From Octopus vulgaris (Eukaryota): DNA of 64,000 bases. The notes beneath the pieces are model-generated. The model saw only the letters and a list, made by a program, of their open reading frames with translations, did not search any database and had not been told where the DNA came from. The stretch is taken from NCBI GenBank assembly GCA_951406725.2, contig OX597834.1, forward strand, positions 34,100,001 to 34,164,000, in the 5' to 3' direction. Both the position numbers and the translations under genes were made by a program. Shown in pieces: positions 13,531-28,034 of this stretch (position 1 is its first letter; each line of letters starts with the position of its first letter).

Positions 13531-14209
13531 TCGCGGGCGGTTGAGAACCCTGATGACACCCTAAAACTGCAAAAAGACCTGAATGCAATATACAGGATGT
13601 GGCAGAAATACCTCCCACATTTTAAACTTTCACCTACGTGTTGCTAATGAACTTATGCAAGTGCCAATGATGTTTTCATTTAGCTAATGAACAAAAAACT
13701 GTAACCCTTTTGTTTAAACAACAGCAAAATTAATTTTTCATAAATGTTGTTTCCTTTTCCTCTTGTCAACCTTTCCAATGTGGGAGGTATTTCTGCTGCA
13801 CCCTGTACAAGGGAGGTGATAAATAACATGCAATTCATGCTGTGAGGTTTCAAACACTCTACTATCGGTCAATCCCTGAATCAGAGTCGGTGGGTGACCG
13901 GGAAATCCACATGAGCAATGATGCAACATTCCAACTGCATATTACCAAGATGACAACACTGTGCAAGCGAGTGGCTGGTTGGACTCTGAGAGCATTCAGA
14001 ACCAAGAAAAAGAATACCCTGGGAGAACACTTATTTTCAGTTGCCTTGACTACTGCTCCTAACTGTGGTCACCACGAACAGCAGAACTCGGGGTAATCCA
14101 ATGCCACAACACGAAAAAAACTTGACTCGGTGCAACAGATGAACAACTGGGAAAAGCTAAAAGAACAGAGGCTCTACTTCCGAGAGAGAAGACGCGAAAG
14201 ATATGCAGG

Positions 14210-14258
<49 letters not shown>

Positions 14259-14690
14259 GAATAAAAATCAAAATTTGGGGAATGGAGCAGGTAAAATCCA
14301 GGCTATATATGTTTCCTAGCTAGCAGAACCTCGGAAGTAGTAATTACTCAACGAGGAGTACTCCACTAGCTTGGAAGATCCTGGAAGGTCTAACTCCGAA
14401 TTTTGGGGTGAAAGCTATAGCAACCAGCAAACTGGACGTCACTGCATAGTACCAAGGATCTTGTCTTCTCCGTCTCGAGTAAGGACCCAGTACTGTAATA
14501 GCTTAGGTTTCAAGGGCCCACAACTTTTCAATATTCTGCCAAGCAACCCCAGAGATCTGCGAAGGGTAGATGCGAATATTTTCAAAGAAAATTTGGGCCA
14601 AATTTGTATATTTGAAGTAACACATGAACATTGTGGCAAGAAACACAAAGAAGAGCAGCTTAGTCCAACTCGCTAGTTCATTAGAAACAA
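13531..14690 (+). mobile_element. CR1/L2-group LINE 3' fragment (RT C-terminus), interrupted
   Basis: Peptides SRAVENPDDTLKLQKDLNAIY, DATFQLHITKM..RVAGWTLRAFRT, RRERY and SLGFKGPQLFNILP; broken by stops and a TA-associated insert. Confidence 0.75.
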
Positions 14691-15207
14691 TTTCAGAGAG
14701 AACGTCGGGAAGCGAATGTGAAATAAAGACCTATCACACTAAAGATGGTGCCCAAGCATGGTTGCAGGCAACAAAAGCAAATAAATATTATATTTCAAAG
14801 TGAAACTTCCGTAACCCTTTCCATTCTCACGAGGTATGGGGCCCCTAATCGGAAATTCCTCAGAGTTTAGTTGACCACATGAAACTCGGTTTTTTTTTTT
14901 ACCTCTATCGAATAAATGTATGAGTGTGTGTATGTGTATATATATATATATACATACACAAACACACACACACTACCATCACCACCTATAGATATACACA
15001 AAACAAACACATAGATCTGATCTATATACATATATTTATAATCAGGAAACTTAGACATCGAAAAACTATATCCTTAACCCCCACCCCCAACAAAACAAAT
15101 AGTCAATGAGAAGGGAACGGTCTTGTTATATAAGACCTTAATCAATGGCCATGTTTGCTAAATGGAAGAACGAATCAAAGAAATATCCTTCCTCACTCCC
15201 AGCCTTA

Positions 15208-15228
15208 AACAACAACAACAACAACAAC

Positions 15229-15305
<77 letters not shown>
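15208..15305. repeat. (AAC)n(AAT)n microsatellite
   Basis: Direct inspection; (ATC)n(ATT)n at 19178-19262. Confidence 0.95.
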
Positions 15306-15308
<3 letters not shown>

Positions 15309-15679
15309 GAAACTGCAAAATGTTAAAGAAATACAAAATCGTGGTGAAGAATAAAGAAAATGGGTAAAGATAATCAAATATCTGCTGATACGGATAGATA
15401 AACCGGTATTATAGATTATCAGGGTGAAAGGAGATTTAAGAAGTGAAAAACATTGGAGTGGCTCCTTTTTAAAAAACGAGGAATTGGGGATAAAACAAGG
15501 CATAGAAAAACATTTTTTTAAAATTAAGTCATCAATTTTTTTTTTTTCAAACAATTTTATTTTATTTTATAAATTTTTCCTACATCGAGAACAAAGAGAG
15601 AAGCGAGGAAATGTCTTCCTGAATTTTTCTCTCTTCAGACGACTGGAGGAGAATGAAATTTTCATTGAAACAAAAGTTG

Positions 15680-15938
15680 ATATCTCTCTCTTTCTCACAT
15701 ACTCACTCTCTTTTTTCTTTCTCTTCCCCACACACTCTTTCTCTCTCTTTAACATTCACTCATTGTCTCTCTCTCATTCACTCATTGTCTCTCTCTCTCT
15801 CATTCACTCTTTTTGATTCTCTCTCATTCACTGTTTGTTACTCTGTCTCTCTCTCTCTCTCTCTTTAACACTCACTTTTTCCCTTTTTCTCAGTCACGCC
15901 CTCTCTTTACTCACTCTCCTTTTCACTCTCTCTTTTTC

Positions 15939-15979
<41 letters not shown>

Positions 15980-17150
15980 GAGATTTTGAAACACAAATTG
16001 TTTTTATAGTACACATATAACCATCTGACTGTTCATCTGTTTGCCTACATTTGTCTGACTCCGCATCTGTATGTCTAACTGCATCTGGCTATCTAGATAT
16101 ATCTGATTTTATGTCTATGTCTTTTGGTCTGTCTGTCAAATCTATCTATCTATCAGCTTGTTTATCCGCCTGTTTGCCTACCTATCTATCTATCTATCTA
16201 TCTACTGATGTTTTTCAGTCTATCGCTGCCTATCTCTATATCTATTACTGTCTCAGTTGGTCTGTCTATCAATATGTCAGTCCATCTCACGTTGTCTTTG
16301 AGTCTATCTATCAATTCCTTAGTTACTATCTTTCAGTCAACTAATCTCTCTATCGTTCGTTCTCAGTCTATCTGTTTATCTCTTGCTGTCTTTCAACCTG
16401 TCTATCTAAGAGTCAGTCTGTCTGTCACCGTCTTTCAGTTCATCTATCCCTCAGTCAGAGTGTCTGCCAGTCTGTTTACCAATCTGCATGAGAAGGCTTT
16501 GGTTGTCCATTTACAACAGTTTGAGTCAGTCTTAAGTCGAGACATTGTAGCATGTGTATATAGAAGACATGGTATATACAGACATAGTTTCACATCAGCT
16601 ATGAAGACAATAGAAAACCAAAAGAGTGTGAGAATGGGAAAATATTGAATGAAACAACATTGGAGGTGGGGAGAGCGAAGGGGGAGAGGAAAAATGAAAG
16701 AGGGAGGGAAAACAAAAAGAGACCCATAGGAAGAGGAAGAGAGGAAGAACGAGAAATACAAAGAATTGAAAGACACAAAGGAAGAACGAAAGAGAGAGAG
16801 GGAGAGTGAATGAAAGAGAGAGAAAAAAAGAAGGAAATGACAGAGGAAGAACAAGAGAGACAAAGAGAATGAGAGTGAAAAGAATAAAAATATACATAGG
16901 ATGGAACACTGAGAGAGAAAGGAAAGATTGAAAAGTGAAGAAGCAACAGAAAGAAAGAGAAGAATGAGAAAGAGAGAAAGAAAGATTACTGGGAAAAAAG
17001 GATAGAAAAGATGAAAGAAAAAGAAATATATTACAAAAGTGGAAAGTGAGAAAGAAAATAAGGAAGGAAAATAAAGAGATGTCTGACTAGGAAACAAAAT
17101 GATAAAGATTTTGAAGAATCAGAGACAGAAAGAGAGGGAAAAAGAAACAT
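15680..17150. repeat. Low-complexity block: CT-rich, then TCTA/TCTG-rich, then purine-rich GA
   Basis: Direct inspection. Confidence 0.85.
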
Positions 17151-18550
17151 TTGAACTGAATCAGAATTTATTATTAGTAGTAGTAGTAGTTTTCATTGAA
17201 TATTGTAGAGTTCTTCATCTTACCTCGTTAAATACTGTAGTTGTAGTAGAAATAATAGTATTGGTATTGGTATCGTTGGTGTTGTTGTTGTTTAGTGGCC
17301 ACTTGTTGTTGTAATACTCCCAGGAGTTAAACATCGTTGCTAGTGAGCGGTAATTCGGTACTCCAAATATGATCATCATCATTATCAGCATCACCATTAT
17401 CATCATCATTATCTATTCCTTATTTCCCCCCCTTGTCGTTTTTTTGTTTTCACATATCAGAATGAACACCACAGCACAACTCCGTCATATATATATGTAT
17501 ACATATCTACAGATACTCACTAACTCATTATACTCACAAAGGAAGATATTCTGTGGATAAAAACAGTCAAAAGACACCGAGCGAAAAGCGAGTAATGTGC
17601 GAATGAACCCTTTGTAATTTTCGATTCGGTTCGATTTTCTATCGAAGAAACAGGAAATGTCACATTTTCATTGAGACCACCGAAGTGTTGTAACGGCACG
17701 AGGATTCCGGAGGGTGGTATTTTGTACTTCGGGTTAATGTGCGGTGCTATTATCTTCTGTAAGTAGATAAAGATATATCGATGGTAGTAGTTATATATTT
17801 AGTTTGAATAAATGTAAGAGGTATAAGTCAAGAATGAGACGGACGACCTGACTGACAGGGGGAGGATTATTTATCGGGAACACACAGATATTGGCGCTGT
17901 GTCTGCGTAATGTCTAGGGTGTGCTGCAATTATTATCATGTGTGATAAGTGAGGATCATCACAGTGTGTGTGTATATATATATATATATGTACTTATTTA
18001 TGTGTGTCTATAGGCATGTGTCTGGAGGGGAGAACGTAACAGAAGTGATCTGTGTGCGTGCGAGTGTGTGTTTATGTCAGAGAGAGAAAGTGAAATAACC
18101 AACGAAATGGTGTGTGTTGTGGGAACGAAAGAGAACATGTATTAATAGGAATGTGTGTGTGTATGGGAGACAAAGAAAGAGTGAGAGAGAGAGAGAGAGA
18201 GAACGTGCAAATGTATGCGTGTATGGGGTGTATTCGAGAGAGAAAGAAAGAAGAAATAGTGTCTGTGTATATTATATAAAAAAATAGGGAATCAATGAGA
18301 GCGTGTATGTGCTTGACAGATCACGTGTGTGTGCGTGCAACAGAAGTGGGGGCATGTGCATGCATCCGTGAAGTTGTATGTATGCCTCACTACGTACGTA
18401 TGTATGTATGTATGCCTCAGTATGTATGTATGTATGTATGTATCTCTTGTGTTATTGTGTGTATGAATACCTCGTCTATGTGTGTTAGTATGCCTCAGTG
18501 TATTAATATATATTTATATCAGTGTGTTAGTACACATGTATGTTTCAATA

Positions 18551-18583
<33 letters not shown>

Positions 18584-19174
18584 GTTTGTATGCTACAATG
18601 TGTTAGTATATCTGTGTGTACCTCTGCCGCGCGATTATATAAATACATAAGGATTATATATATATGTCTATATCTTACATCTCTATATATTAATATCTTG
18701 TTTGTATATACGGTATCTGCATGTGGTGTGTGGTGAGTGAATATATGTATATGTATACTTAGATATATGTTGCATCGTGAGAAAGCCAAACGGTTAATAA
18801 TGTAAGAGTTCTGCAAGTGTCTGCTACACGGCAGCAGTAGCAGAACAACCACAACCACAACAACAAGAGCAGTAGCAGCACCTGTTGTGACTATCACCAC
18901 CACCACCCCCTCCTTACAACACACACCAATGTAAACGAAAAGATCTAGTGTTCGCGCACGTAGCAAAGTTGATTGTTATTAAAATTTACGTTCACCCACC
19001 ACCGTGTTGCGAAGGTTTTGTTACGTACTGTTTATCGCTATATACACCATGTAAACTCGTGTTATTTATTCATTTTATTTTATTTTTTTTAATCATTCAA
19101 TTCTCTGTAAATTCTCACACTGTGTTCGTTTTTGTATTGCCCCCCTCATCCGTCTCCCTGGTGGCAAATATAAG

Positions 19175-19207
<33 letters not shown>

Positions 19208-19208
19208 C

Positions 19209-19262
<54 letters not shown>

Positions 19263-19299
19263 CGTTGTTGTCCTTACTACTGTATAAATATCAATCGTG

Positions 19300-19870
19300 G
19301 AGCCTATATGTGATAGCTCAATTCTGTTAGAAATAGCAGCCAAATCTCAACCGAATTTTACTTCACATCTTTTATTAAAAAAAAAAAGAAAGAAAAAGAA
19401 AAAGCAGGACGCGTTGGATAATGTAGTTTGAGAAACACAAAGCCTTGAATTAAAAAAAAATAATAAACGGGTGGGTCACGGCTGGTATGCCTTTCATCAA
19501 TATCTGTCCAATCAGTTTTCTCTCCGGGCCACAACAATGTAACAGCGATGTAGGCGAATGTTCTATCAGTAAGCTAAACGAGGGAGCCTCAGTCTGCTAA
19601 AAATAGGAACCAAATTTCCCTTTAGTTACACCCTATTGTCTAAAACAAAGAACACGTTGGATAATGTAGTCCTAAATATCCTTCAAAAGCTGGGATGGTC
19701 ACGGATAGAAACACCGTGGATCATAAGTCGGCATGATGAGGGCCGACTTGGCGCTAAACAACAATCTATGAAGGAGGAGCCTTTATGTAACATTTTTTAG
19801 GCTGCTAGAAATAGCAGTTAAATCTGCCTCAATTCGCATCCTACCGTTTAAAAATAAGGGGAGGATACAT
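19300..19870 (+). repeat. Tandem array (about 3 units) of a dispersed repeat
   Basis: ctgctagaaatagcagccaaatct..ttggataatgtagtc..ggtcacggctgg units; relatives at about 370-600, 7780-7880 and 56670-56860. Confidence 0.65.
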
Positions 19871-21049
19871 TAATTGATTGATTGATTGATTGATTGATTA
19901 ATTAATTAATTAATTAATTAAATACACTAATCTGGGGGAAATGACTGAGTGGTTACAAGTGGAAAGCATTGGTGCATTGGTCATATAGATTGTTCCCGGT
20001 TGTATTTAACGCGGGGAAGAGATGAGCTATAGAATTCGAATTGAAAAAGATGAAATTTAGTTTTTTTCATATCATTGCAGCACCTTAGCTCTCCACTCAG
20101 TCGTGTTCAATCAAAAATCTTCACCTTTCTTTCACGTTTCTTGTGTAATATCATCGAATTTCTATAACAACAGGGGAGAAAAGGTGAACGAAATATAGAA
20201 GGACTGGTGTGTGTCCTGATCATCTGCCAAAAGTTGTGCCTCGTAAACTCTGTATTTGAGTGAAGTGTGAGAGAGAAGGGAAAGAAAAAGAGGCAGGGTT
20301 TACTGTACCAATGTTTTTTTTGTTTTGTTTTTTTTTCCAGCGTGCCGAGCAAGGTTCCGTGTTGAATGAGGAATGCGGAAAACTTCCAGACAAGAACAAG
20401 AAATTGCTATCGATTGTAACAGCGAGAATGCCACGTTTTAAAGCATCTAAAAGCCGACTTAATTTTTTGACTTTTTTCTCATAAATAACTGTTTTTTAAC
20501 CCTTGTGTATGTGTGTGTGTGTGTGTGCGTATGCATGCGTGTATGTGCATTTATGTATATGTATGTGCTTATACATATATGTATATATATGTGTGTTTAT
20601 ATACACACACATATTACACGCATTTATATATGTATTATGTAATATATATTACATAATATAAATACATATTTTATATATATACAATAATTTTATATTTCAC
20701 ATAGATATAAAAATATATATACTATATATTTTACATTGCTATAAGAAACTGGATATAAGCCTTCAAGATATTCACAAATACACTCACCAATTCCTAACAC
20801 TCTGCTGAATCCTTTTGTTGCATCTCATTTCCTTGAACAAATATGTCTTGTTATACCGTGCAGAAATTAATGATATCAATCGCTAAAGCAACAGGGGACT
20901 ATTTTTGACAGTATATAAATTCTTTATAGTCTTAGCTCTATGACTCGGGGCTGCCTTTGCAGATCTATTCTGATATGAAATAACAGCTTGAAGGCAGTGT
21001 TTGAAATGTGGGGTATCCAGCTGTTCACAGCATCTAACATGCATTATCA

Positions 21050-21360
21050 TCCCAGGAGATGCTTTTGCTATCAGCTCAGTCACTTAGAAGCAAAGTTTAT
21101 GAAGAGGTCGATGCTAGGGTACCTTCACCTATATTATTAGGAATTCTTTTTTGCCCTATTGCTCGGAACCCACGTGTGTGTAGTTGAAGCTACAGTATTA
21201 TCCCCTATTGCTCAAGGAATTCTTTTTGCCATTGGAACAGTCACTTTGATCCCAAGTGTATGTGGTTAACACTTGGATATCTTGGGAATTCTTTTTGCTA
21301 TAAGAGCAGTTGCTAAGAAATTTAGTGCATGTATGGGTGAGACTGGGGCAGCTTCGTAAC
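21050..21360. repeat. Degenerate tandem repeat, about 75-bp period
   Basis: ggaattctttttgc at about 21140, 21216 and 21285, with a diverged unit at about 21054. Confidence 0.6.
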
Positions 21361-21421
21361 CTCAAATAATTGTGCAGCTTTCTTCATTTCTCCTCACAAC
21401 CTACACAAATTCATATGACCT

Positions 21422-21655
21422 ATTTCTTTACTGCCCACAAGGGGCTAAACACAGAAGGGACAAACAAGGACAGACAAACGGATTGAGTCGATTATATCGA
21501 CCCCAGTGCATAACTGGTACTTAATTTATCGACCCCAAAAGGATGAAAGGCAAAGTCGACCTCGGCGGAATTTGAACTCAGAACGTAACGGCAGATGAAA
21601 TACGGCTACGCATTTCACCCGGCGCGCTACCATTTCTGCCAGCTGCCGCCTTCGA
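21422..21655 (-). mobile_element. tRNA-derived SINE (family B)
   Basis: Reverse complement of the 5307 copy; flanked by a repeated aattcatatgac (TSD-like). Confidence 0.85.
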
Positions 21656-23329
21656 ATTCATATGACACAATTTCATATGACCATTGGTAGATAAGCTGTG
21701 TTGAGGTCAGCCTCACTCTGCTGGGTGGACGACTAATGCTCAGTCTGCACATAAGTGACACAGCCAAGATGGTCAATGAATTATGTACTGAGAGCAAATA
21801 CACTCTTCGGTCCTATGCAGCTAAGTAATCAGCACTGAAATAACCATTAAGGAAAACAAGCACTTATTTAGGGCAGCAGGAGAAGTGGGGAGACACCACA
21901 GAAATGGTAAATGGCTTACAGCACAAAAGAAATCATTTAAAACTTGCTAAACTAATATTCAAAGTTGGTTTTTAGGATCAGAAATATAATTCCAAAGTGT
22001 TCATGATGTTATAGGGAAGATCTGATCTGTGATTTTGCTATTTAAAAAAATAATTGGTGAAAACTTTTCAAATATTAAGTGAAAGTATACAAAAATAAAC
22101 ATTATTTTCCATCCCACTGTTTGTTTAATTTCATTTTGAAAGTAAAAATTTATTTTATAGTTTCTCATTGTTTATATTTTGAATTACATATATATGGGGG
22201 AACTAAAATCTTTGAAGTACTTAGGGCCTCTATGGCATACCTTTAATATAGTTCTCAGAGAGATTCAGTGTGATAGAGAATGTAACAAGGCTGGCTATCT
22301 TGCTCAAGGATACAACACACCACCATGATTGTGAGCCAAGTATCCTAACCACTTGGCGAAACGCCTTCACAAGGTGATGGTAAAAAGATTGCCATACAGT
22401 TGCTGCTTTTTAGGGGGTTACTGCCAAGAAGGATTGAAAACTGCATGAAGCCTTCTGTGGTGTATGTACCACCGCACTTCTTTCCAAGTCTCTTGTTCAA
22501 TGTCTATACTGAAGAGACGCAGAGAAGAACTGAGAAAAGGAAAAAGATATAATTTAACAATCACAACAATAACAACAACATTTTGCTTCCCTCTCTGATA
22601 TCTTGTAAATCATCTGCAAAAGATAAAAAAACAGAAAGAAACCAATTTATAAACTAATATTTATTTTGTTCCCTTTGTCGTACAACAATCTGTCTTCTGA
22701 CAATTATCTTCCGCCATTTTCACCTTTAGGTTTTTCTTCCCATCGTGTCTTCATTTTCTTCTCACATTTGTTTTTTCCTTCCTCTTTTTCTTGAATTAAA
22801 TCACAGCATCAGAGAACTAGCTCTAAGAGACATGTCAGATACATGTCTTTAATCTTGTTAAGCATTCGGTTATCTTTTTGTTCAATGTTCTTAAATCATA
22901 TCCGGCCAAGATCAACTTTGCTTTTCATCTGTAGGATAAATACTGTACTTGATAGCATAAAAGACACATGGGTATATTAGATGCACTTCAATTTCAGCAA
23001 TGCATATTCAGAAAAAATGTTTTCAGCATGTAATGTCAGCCCCCAATTTCACATAGAGGACCTGGGGTGATTTTTTGAGATCTGTTTCTTTCTTTTTAAT
23101 AAAGTACGTCTTATATGCCTTCAAATGTTGTAATAATAATCAATAATTCCTTTCTGGTTTCAGCACAAGGCCAGAAATTTGAGGGGGAAGTGGCTAATTG
23201 ATACCATCAATCCGTGTACTTTACAGGATTTAGTTTTCTCCTTGTAGTTTGATTTCTTGGGGTAGAGAGGGTGAAAATGTGTTGTTACATGTGGGTGGGA
23301 CACAACTCTTCTAGCGCTCAGTTTCATGG

Positions 23330-23610
23330 ACGGGTCCTCCCTAGGACCTCGTATCACCAAACATCTTGGTCTAATGTCATTTCCTCCATGAGCCCCAGCA
23401 TCCTAAGATCAGTCCTCACCACTTCATCCCATGTCTTCTTGGGTCTCCCTCTTCTACAGGTACCATCCACTTTCAGTGACAGGCACTTTTGTATACAGCT
23501 GTCTTCACTCATACCCATCACATGTCTAAACCAATGCAGTCTCCTTTCCTTCATACTACCTTTAATCTCTCTATAATGCCTAACTTTTCACTCAACACAG
23601 TTGTGCTTTG
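23330..23610 (-). mobile_element. RTE LINE 3' ORF fragment
   Basis: [41 protein letters not shown]. Confidence 0.85.
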
Positions 23611-23743
23611 TCGGTCATATATGTATGTATGTATATATATATGTATTATGTATGTATGTATGAATGTACGTATGTATTTATGCATGTATATGTATGTGTG
23701 TGTAGACACACATTCATATATATATATACACACACACATTCAT

Positions 23744-23776
<33 letters not shown>

Positions 23777-24249
23777 TTCATATATATATATATATCATAC
23801 ACAGATAACAACATGATGTTATCTAGCCACTTTTTTTTCCTTTACAAACTCTTTGTCACATAAATCAACCAAATTCCTTTCTCCTCGTCTCTTGTATAAA
23901 AAATATCACAGACAAGAGAAAACTTTTCACCTTGCCCTCCAATATGATTAGCTTCAGATTACTCTATTTCCAACCGGAATTTCTTCCTGGCATCCCTTTC
24001 TTTCATAAAGTTTCATCTTTTGCTTTTCAACTTTTTTCTCTTATTTCTGTCTTCGTTTCCAATATTTCTTCAACCACTTCAAAGCACATTTGATTACAAT
24101 GCTTGGAATCCTTATTTTTTTTCTTTTAATCTTTATATTTACTTGTTGGAATCATGGAATCATGGAATTGCAGAATTGTGGAATTGTGGAATATGAAGCT
24201 GTTCAAGGAAATAACATCAAATTTTTTTTAAGATACATACATACATACA

Positions 24250-24285
<36 letters not shown>

Positions 24286-24550
24286 TATATACACACATAC
24301 ATACATATGCATATACATATTTATAAATGCACACACCTATATACATTCACACTCATACACACACATATTCATACACAAACACATATAGAGAGATACCTAT
24401 AATATACATACATAAATATATATACATGCATATACACACATTTATATACATATATATGTATATACATATATATACATGCACATATAAAAATTATATTTTA
24501 AATGATATTGCAATCCAATTGTTATACCACTATTTTTTATGTACATGCAC

Positions 24551-24584
<34 letters not shown>

Positions 24585-24662
24585 GTTCAAAAAGTTAGAG
24601 GATAAAAAAGTATAAACATTCTTTCCAAAAGATTCTACATGCTTCTTGCCAAGGCAACAAAA

Positions 24663-24707
<45 letters not shown>

Positions 24708-25165
24708 AGAGGAAGATAGAAAACTACTTCCTTACATGTTGAAAAATAGATGTTTTGAAACACAATAAGGTTCCAAAATCAAGGAAAGTTGTTCATATTT
24801 TATTGGCAGTGCCCCAGCTGCAGCCTTAAGGCTGAAACATATAAAACAATAAAAGAATTTGCCTTGATACGAAACAGCTGTAAAAGTGGGCAAGATGAAT
24901 AAAAGTGTATTTCAGAACTTCAGTGGGTTAACAGTGGGCTATAGTTTTGAGTTTGATGCTCAAATTAAATAAATTAATTTCAAAAATTGATTTAATTTAA
25001 ATTTGCCGTGTATTACTCTCATCAGCACTATCTCTGCATATTTATGAGAAATATGTATAATTTTAAAATATTACCTTATTCAGCCTTATTCAGCCATTCG
25101 AAGTTCAAGGTATATAAATAAATTTCTTTAATTTGAATGTTAAACTCAAAACTATAGTCCACTGT

Positions 25166-25222
<57 letters not shown>

Positions 25223-25876
25223 GCAGGACAAAGAAATCAGCTATAACTCCTTTTCTCCACAGATTTCTTGAAGATGAAGTGCTAACCCTGACATATTGAA
25301 ATTCCAGATGAAACCATTGACCTGTATTATTTTTATAAATTGTATTATTTTGGCTTAAAAAGAGAAAAAGAGAAAAGTATTTATATATATTAGACAATAT
25401 TTTGTGCAAACTATGCTCCTGTAATATATCGTGGGTAATGACCCCTTTGGTTATGAGGGGGCCACGAGATGCACCTAGAAATCCTTCCGAGGCAGATGTC
25501 TAGGCAGGATTGTTTATGGAAAGCCAGCAGTTGCCCATGCATAGCAGTCTCCCCTCTCCATACCACCGATGTTATTCAAGGGAAAGGCAAAGGGGCCGAT
25601 ACAGCTTGGCACCAGTGACGTCGCAACTCATTTCTACAACTCAGTGAACTGGAGCAATGTGAAATAAAGTGACTTGCTCAAGAACATAACACAGCCTGGT
25701 CCAGGAATCGACCTCACTCCCTCGCGATCACAAAGTTTCTGTCTTCTACATTCACTCATGGGGCATTGCTCTGCTTGGGGCTATAGTAGAAGACATTTGA
25801 ACAAAGTGCCGTGCTGAGGGACTGAACCCATAATGACATGCTTGCAAAACAAACATCTTAACTACGCAGTCATGCC

Positions 25877-25907
<31 letters not shown>

Positions 25908-26818
25908 ATGTATGTATGTATGTATATATATAAATGTATTATGTATGTAGTATGTTTGTATGTATGAATATATTATGTATTTATGTATGTAGGTAGGTAT
26001 GTATGTGTGTATGTATGTGTTTATTTGTGTATATGTGTATGTTTGTATGAAGGTGTGTGTATGTGTACGAAGGTGTGAGTATGTTTGTATGAAGGTGTAT
26101 AAAAGTGTGTGTATGTGTATGTGTGTATGTGTCAGATGTTCTTTTTTTCTACCCCCATCTTTGAAGAAATTATTAATGGACAGTTTGTCGTTTTCTTTCT
26201 TTCCATTAAAAAAAACCCAGAAAACTTTGTTTATTAAGTTTGTTCCTGTTATTTCTTTAACAAACGAAAAATAAACTGAGTCAGATGGAAAAAAAACAAA
26301 AAAAAAACAAAACAGAATAAGTAAAACAAAATAAAACAACCAGAATAAAATAAACAACTAAATAAATAAATAAATGTATCTCCTGTTCCACCCAAATTTC
26401 TTAGCCTTTTTCTTTTTTTAATACGATTTACGATTCATGATTTATGATTTACTTAGACACTCACCACCACCACCACCACCACCACCACCGTCACCGCCAC
26501 CGCTGCCGCCACCACCACTATCACTACCTCCACCACCGCCACCGCTACTACCACCACCAATTTCATGGTTGTGTTTCAAGACAGAGTACAACAAACATAT
26601 ATTTAATCTTGATATCACATACATGCACAGACACACAATACATTCATAGAACCACGCATAAACACATATAGACACACACGTTTTCAGAACCTCACACACA
26701 CACACACAGATGTGCACACACACACACTTAGACCCACACTTACATGTAGGCATATCACAAACACACACTACACATACAGACAAACACGCACTAACATTCA
26801 CAGATACACAAACACCAT

Positions 26819-26865
<47 letters not shown>

Positions 26866-26869
<4 letters not shown>

Positions 26870-26988
26870 GTGGGCCAAAAGTCACGCACCAAAACATATT
26901 TTATTTATAAAGTGTTGCTTTTGAAATGTGCAATATATATATACATATATTGAATTTTAATCTCAGTGCGTAACTTTTGGCCCCCTCC

Positions 26989-26989
<1 letters not shown>
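26866..26989. mobile_element. Tc1/mariner-type MITE
   Basis: About 24-bp TIRs (ggccaaaagtcacgcac / gtgcgtaacttttggcc) between CA and TA tracts. Confidence 0.7.
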
Positions 26990-27023
<34 letters not shown>

Positions 27024-27189
27024 GTATGTATATATGTATATACATATACACACACACACATTTGTATCCACATGGCTCACACACACACAGCAACAACATA
27101 TTCACACACACTCACATGCATTCACATATATTTACAGACATACACATACATTCACAGATACATTAATATACCAATATATTCTCACACAT

Positions 27190-27745
27190 TCACACACACT
27201 AACATATATTCAAACACACACACACATTCAAACACACACGCACACATATTCAAACACACACACTAACATATTCAAACACACACACTAACATATTCAAACA
27301 CACACACACATATATTCAAACACACACGCACACATATTCAAACACACACACTAACATATTCAAACACACACACACATATATTCAAACACACACACACATA
27401 TATTCAAACACACACGCACACATATTCAAACACACACACTAACATATTCAAACACACACACTAACATATATTCAAACACACACACACACACACATTCAAA
27501 CACACACGCACACATATTCAAACACACACGCACACATATTCAAACACACACGCACACATATTCAAACACACACACACATATATTCAAACACACACGCACA
27601 CATATTCAAACACACACGCACACATATTCAAACACACACGCACACATATTCAAACACACACGCACACATATTCAAACACACACGCACACATATTCAAACA
27701 CACACGCACACATATTCAAACACACACGCACACATATTCAAACAC
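27190..27745. repeat. 22-nt minisatellite (CACACATATTCAAACACACACG)
   Basis: More than 20 tandem units. Confidence 0.95.
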
Positions 27746-28034
27746 ATCACACACTATTTTATCTGATGATTCATTTTACACTATGTAGTCTGACCAGTTT
27801 TGCTGTTACACCAGGAACTCACAGTCCCATCTCTTCTCTCTCTCTCTCTCTCTCTCCACCCCTTTTAGCCTGTTCCTCAATCAACCGCACAGACCAAGTC
27901 CAATTCGTGCTAATTCACAGTACAGAATGCATCACTTGCTAATCGTTGCACATCAAAATATGTATGCACATGCATGTGTGCAGGCACAATGCATGCTTGT
28001 CTATTTAATGAAAATAGCTCCAGCAAGGGCATAT

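Noticed and set aside
24866-24885. GAAACAGCUGUA palindromic stem III-like half motif
   Set aside because: The 5' core and stem II are absent (a SINE tail abuts upstream), so it cannot be supported as a ribozyme.
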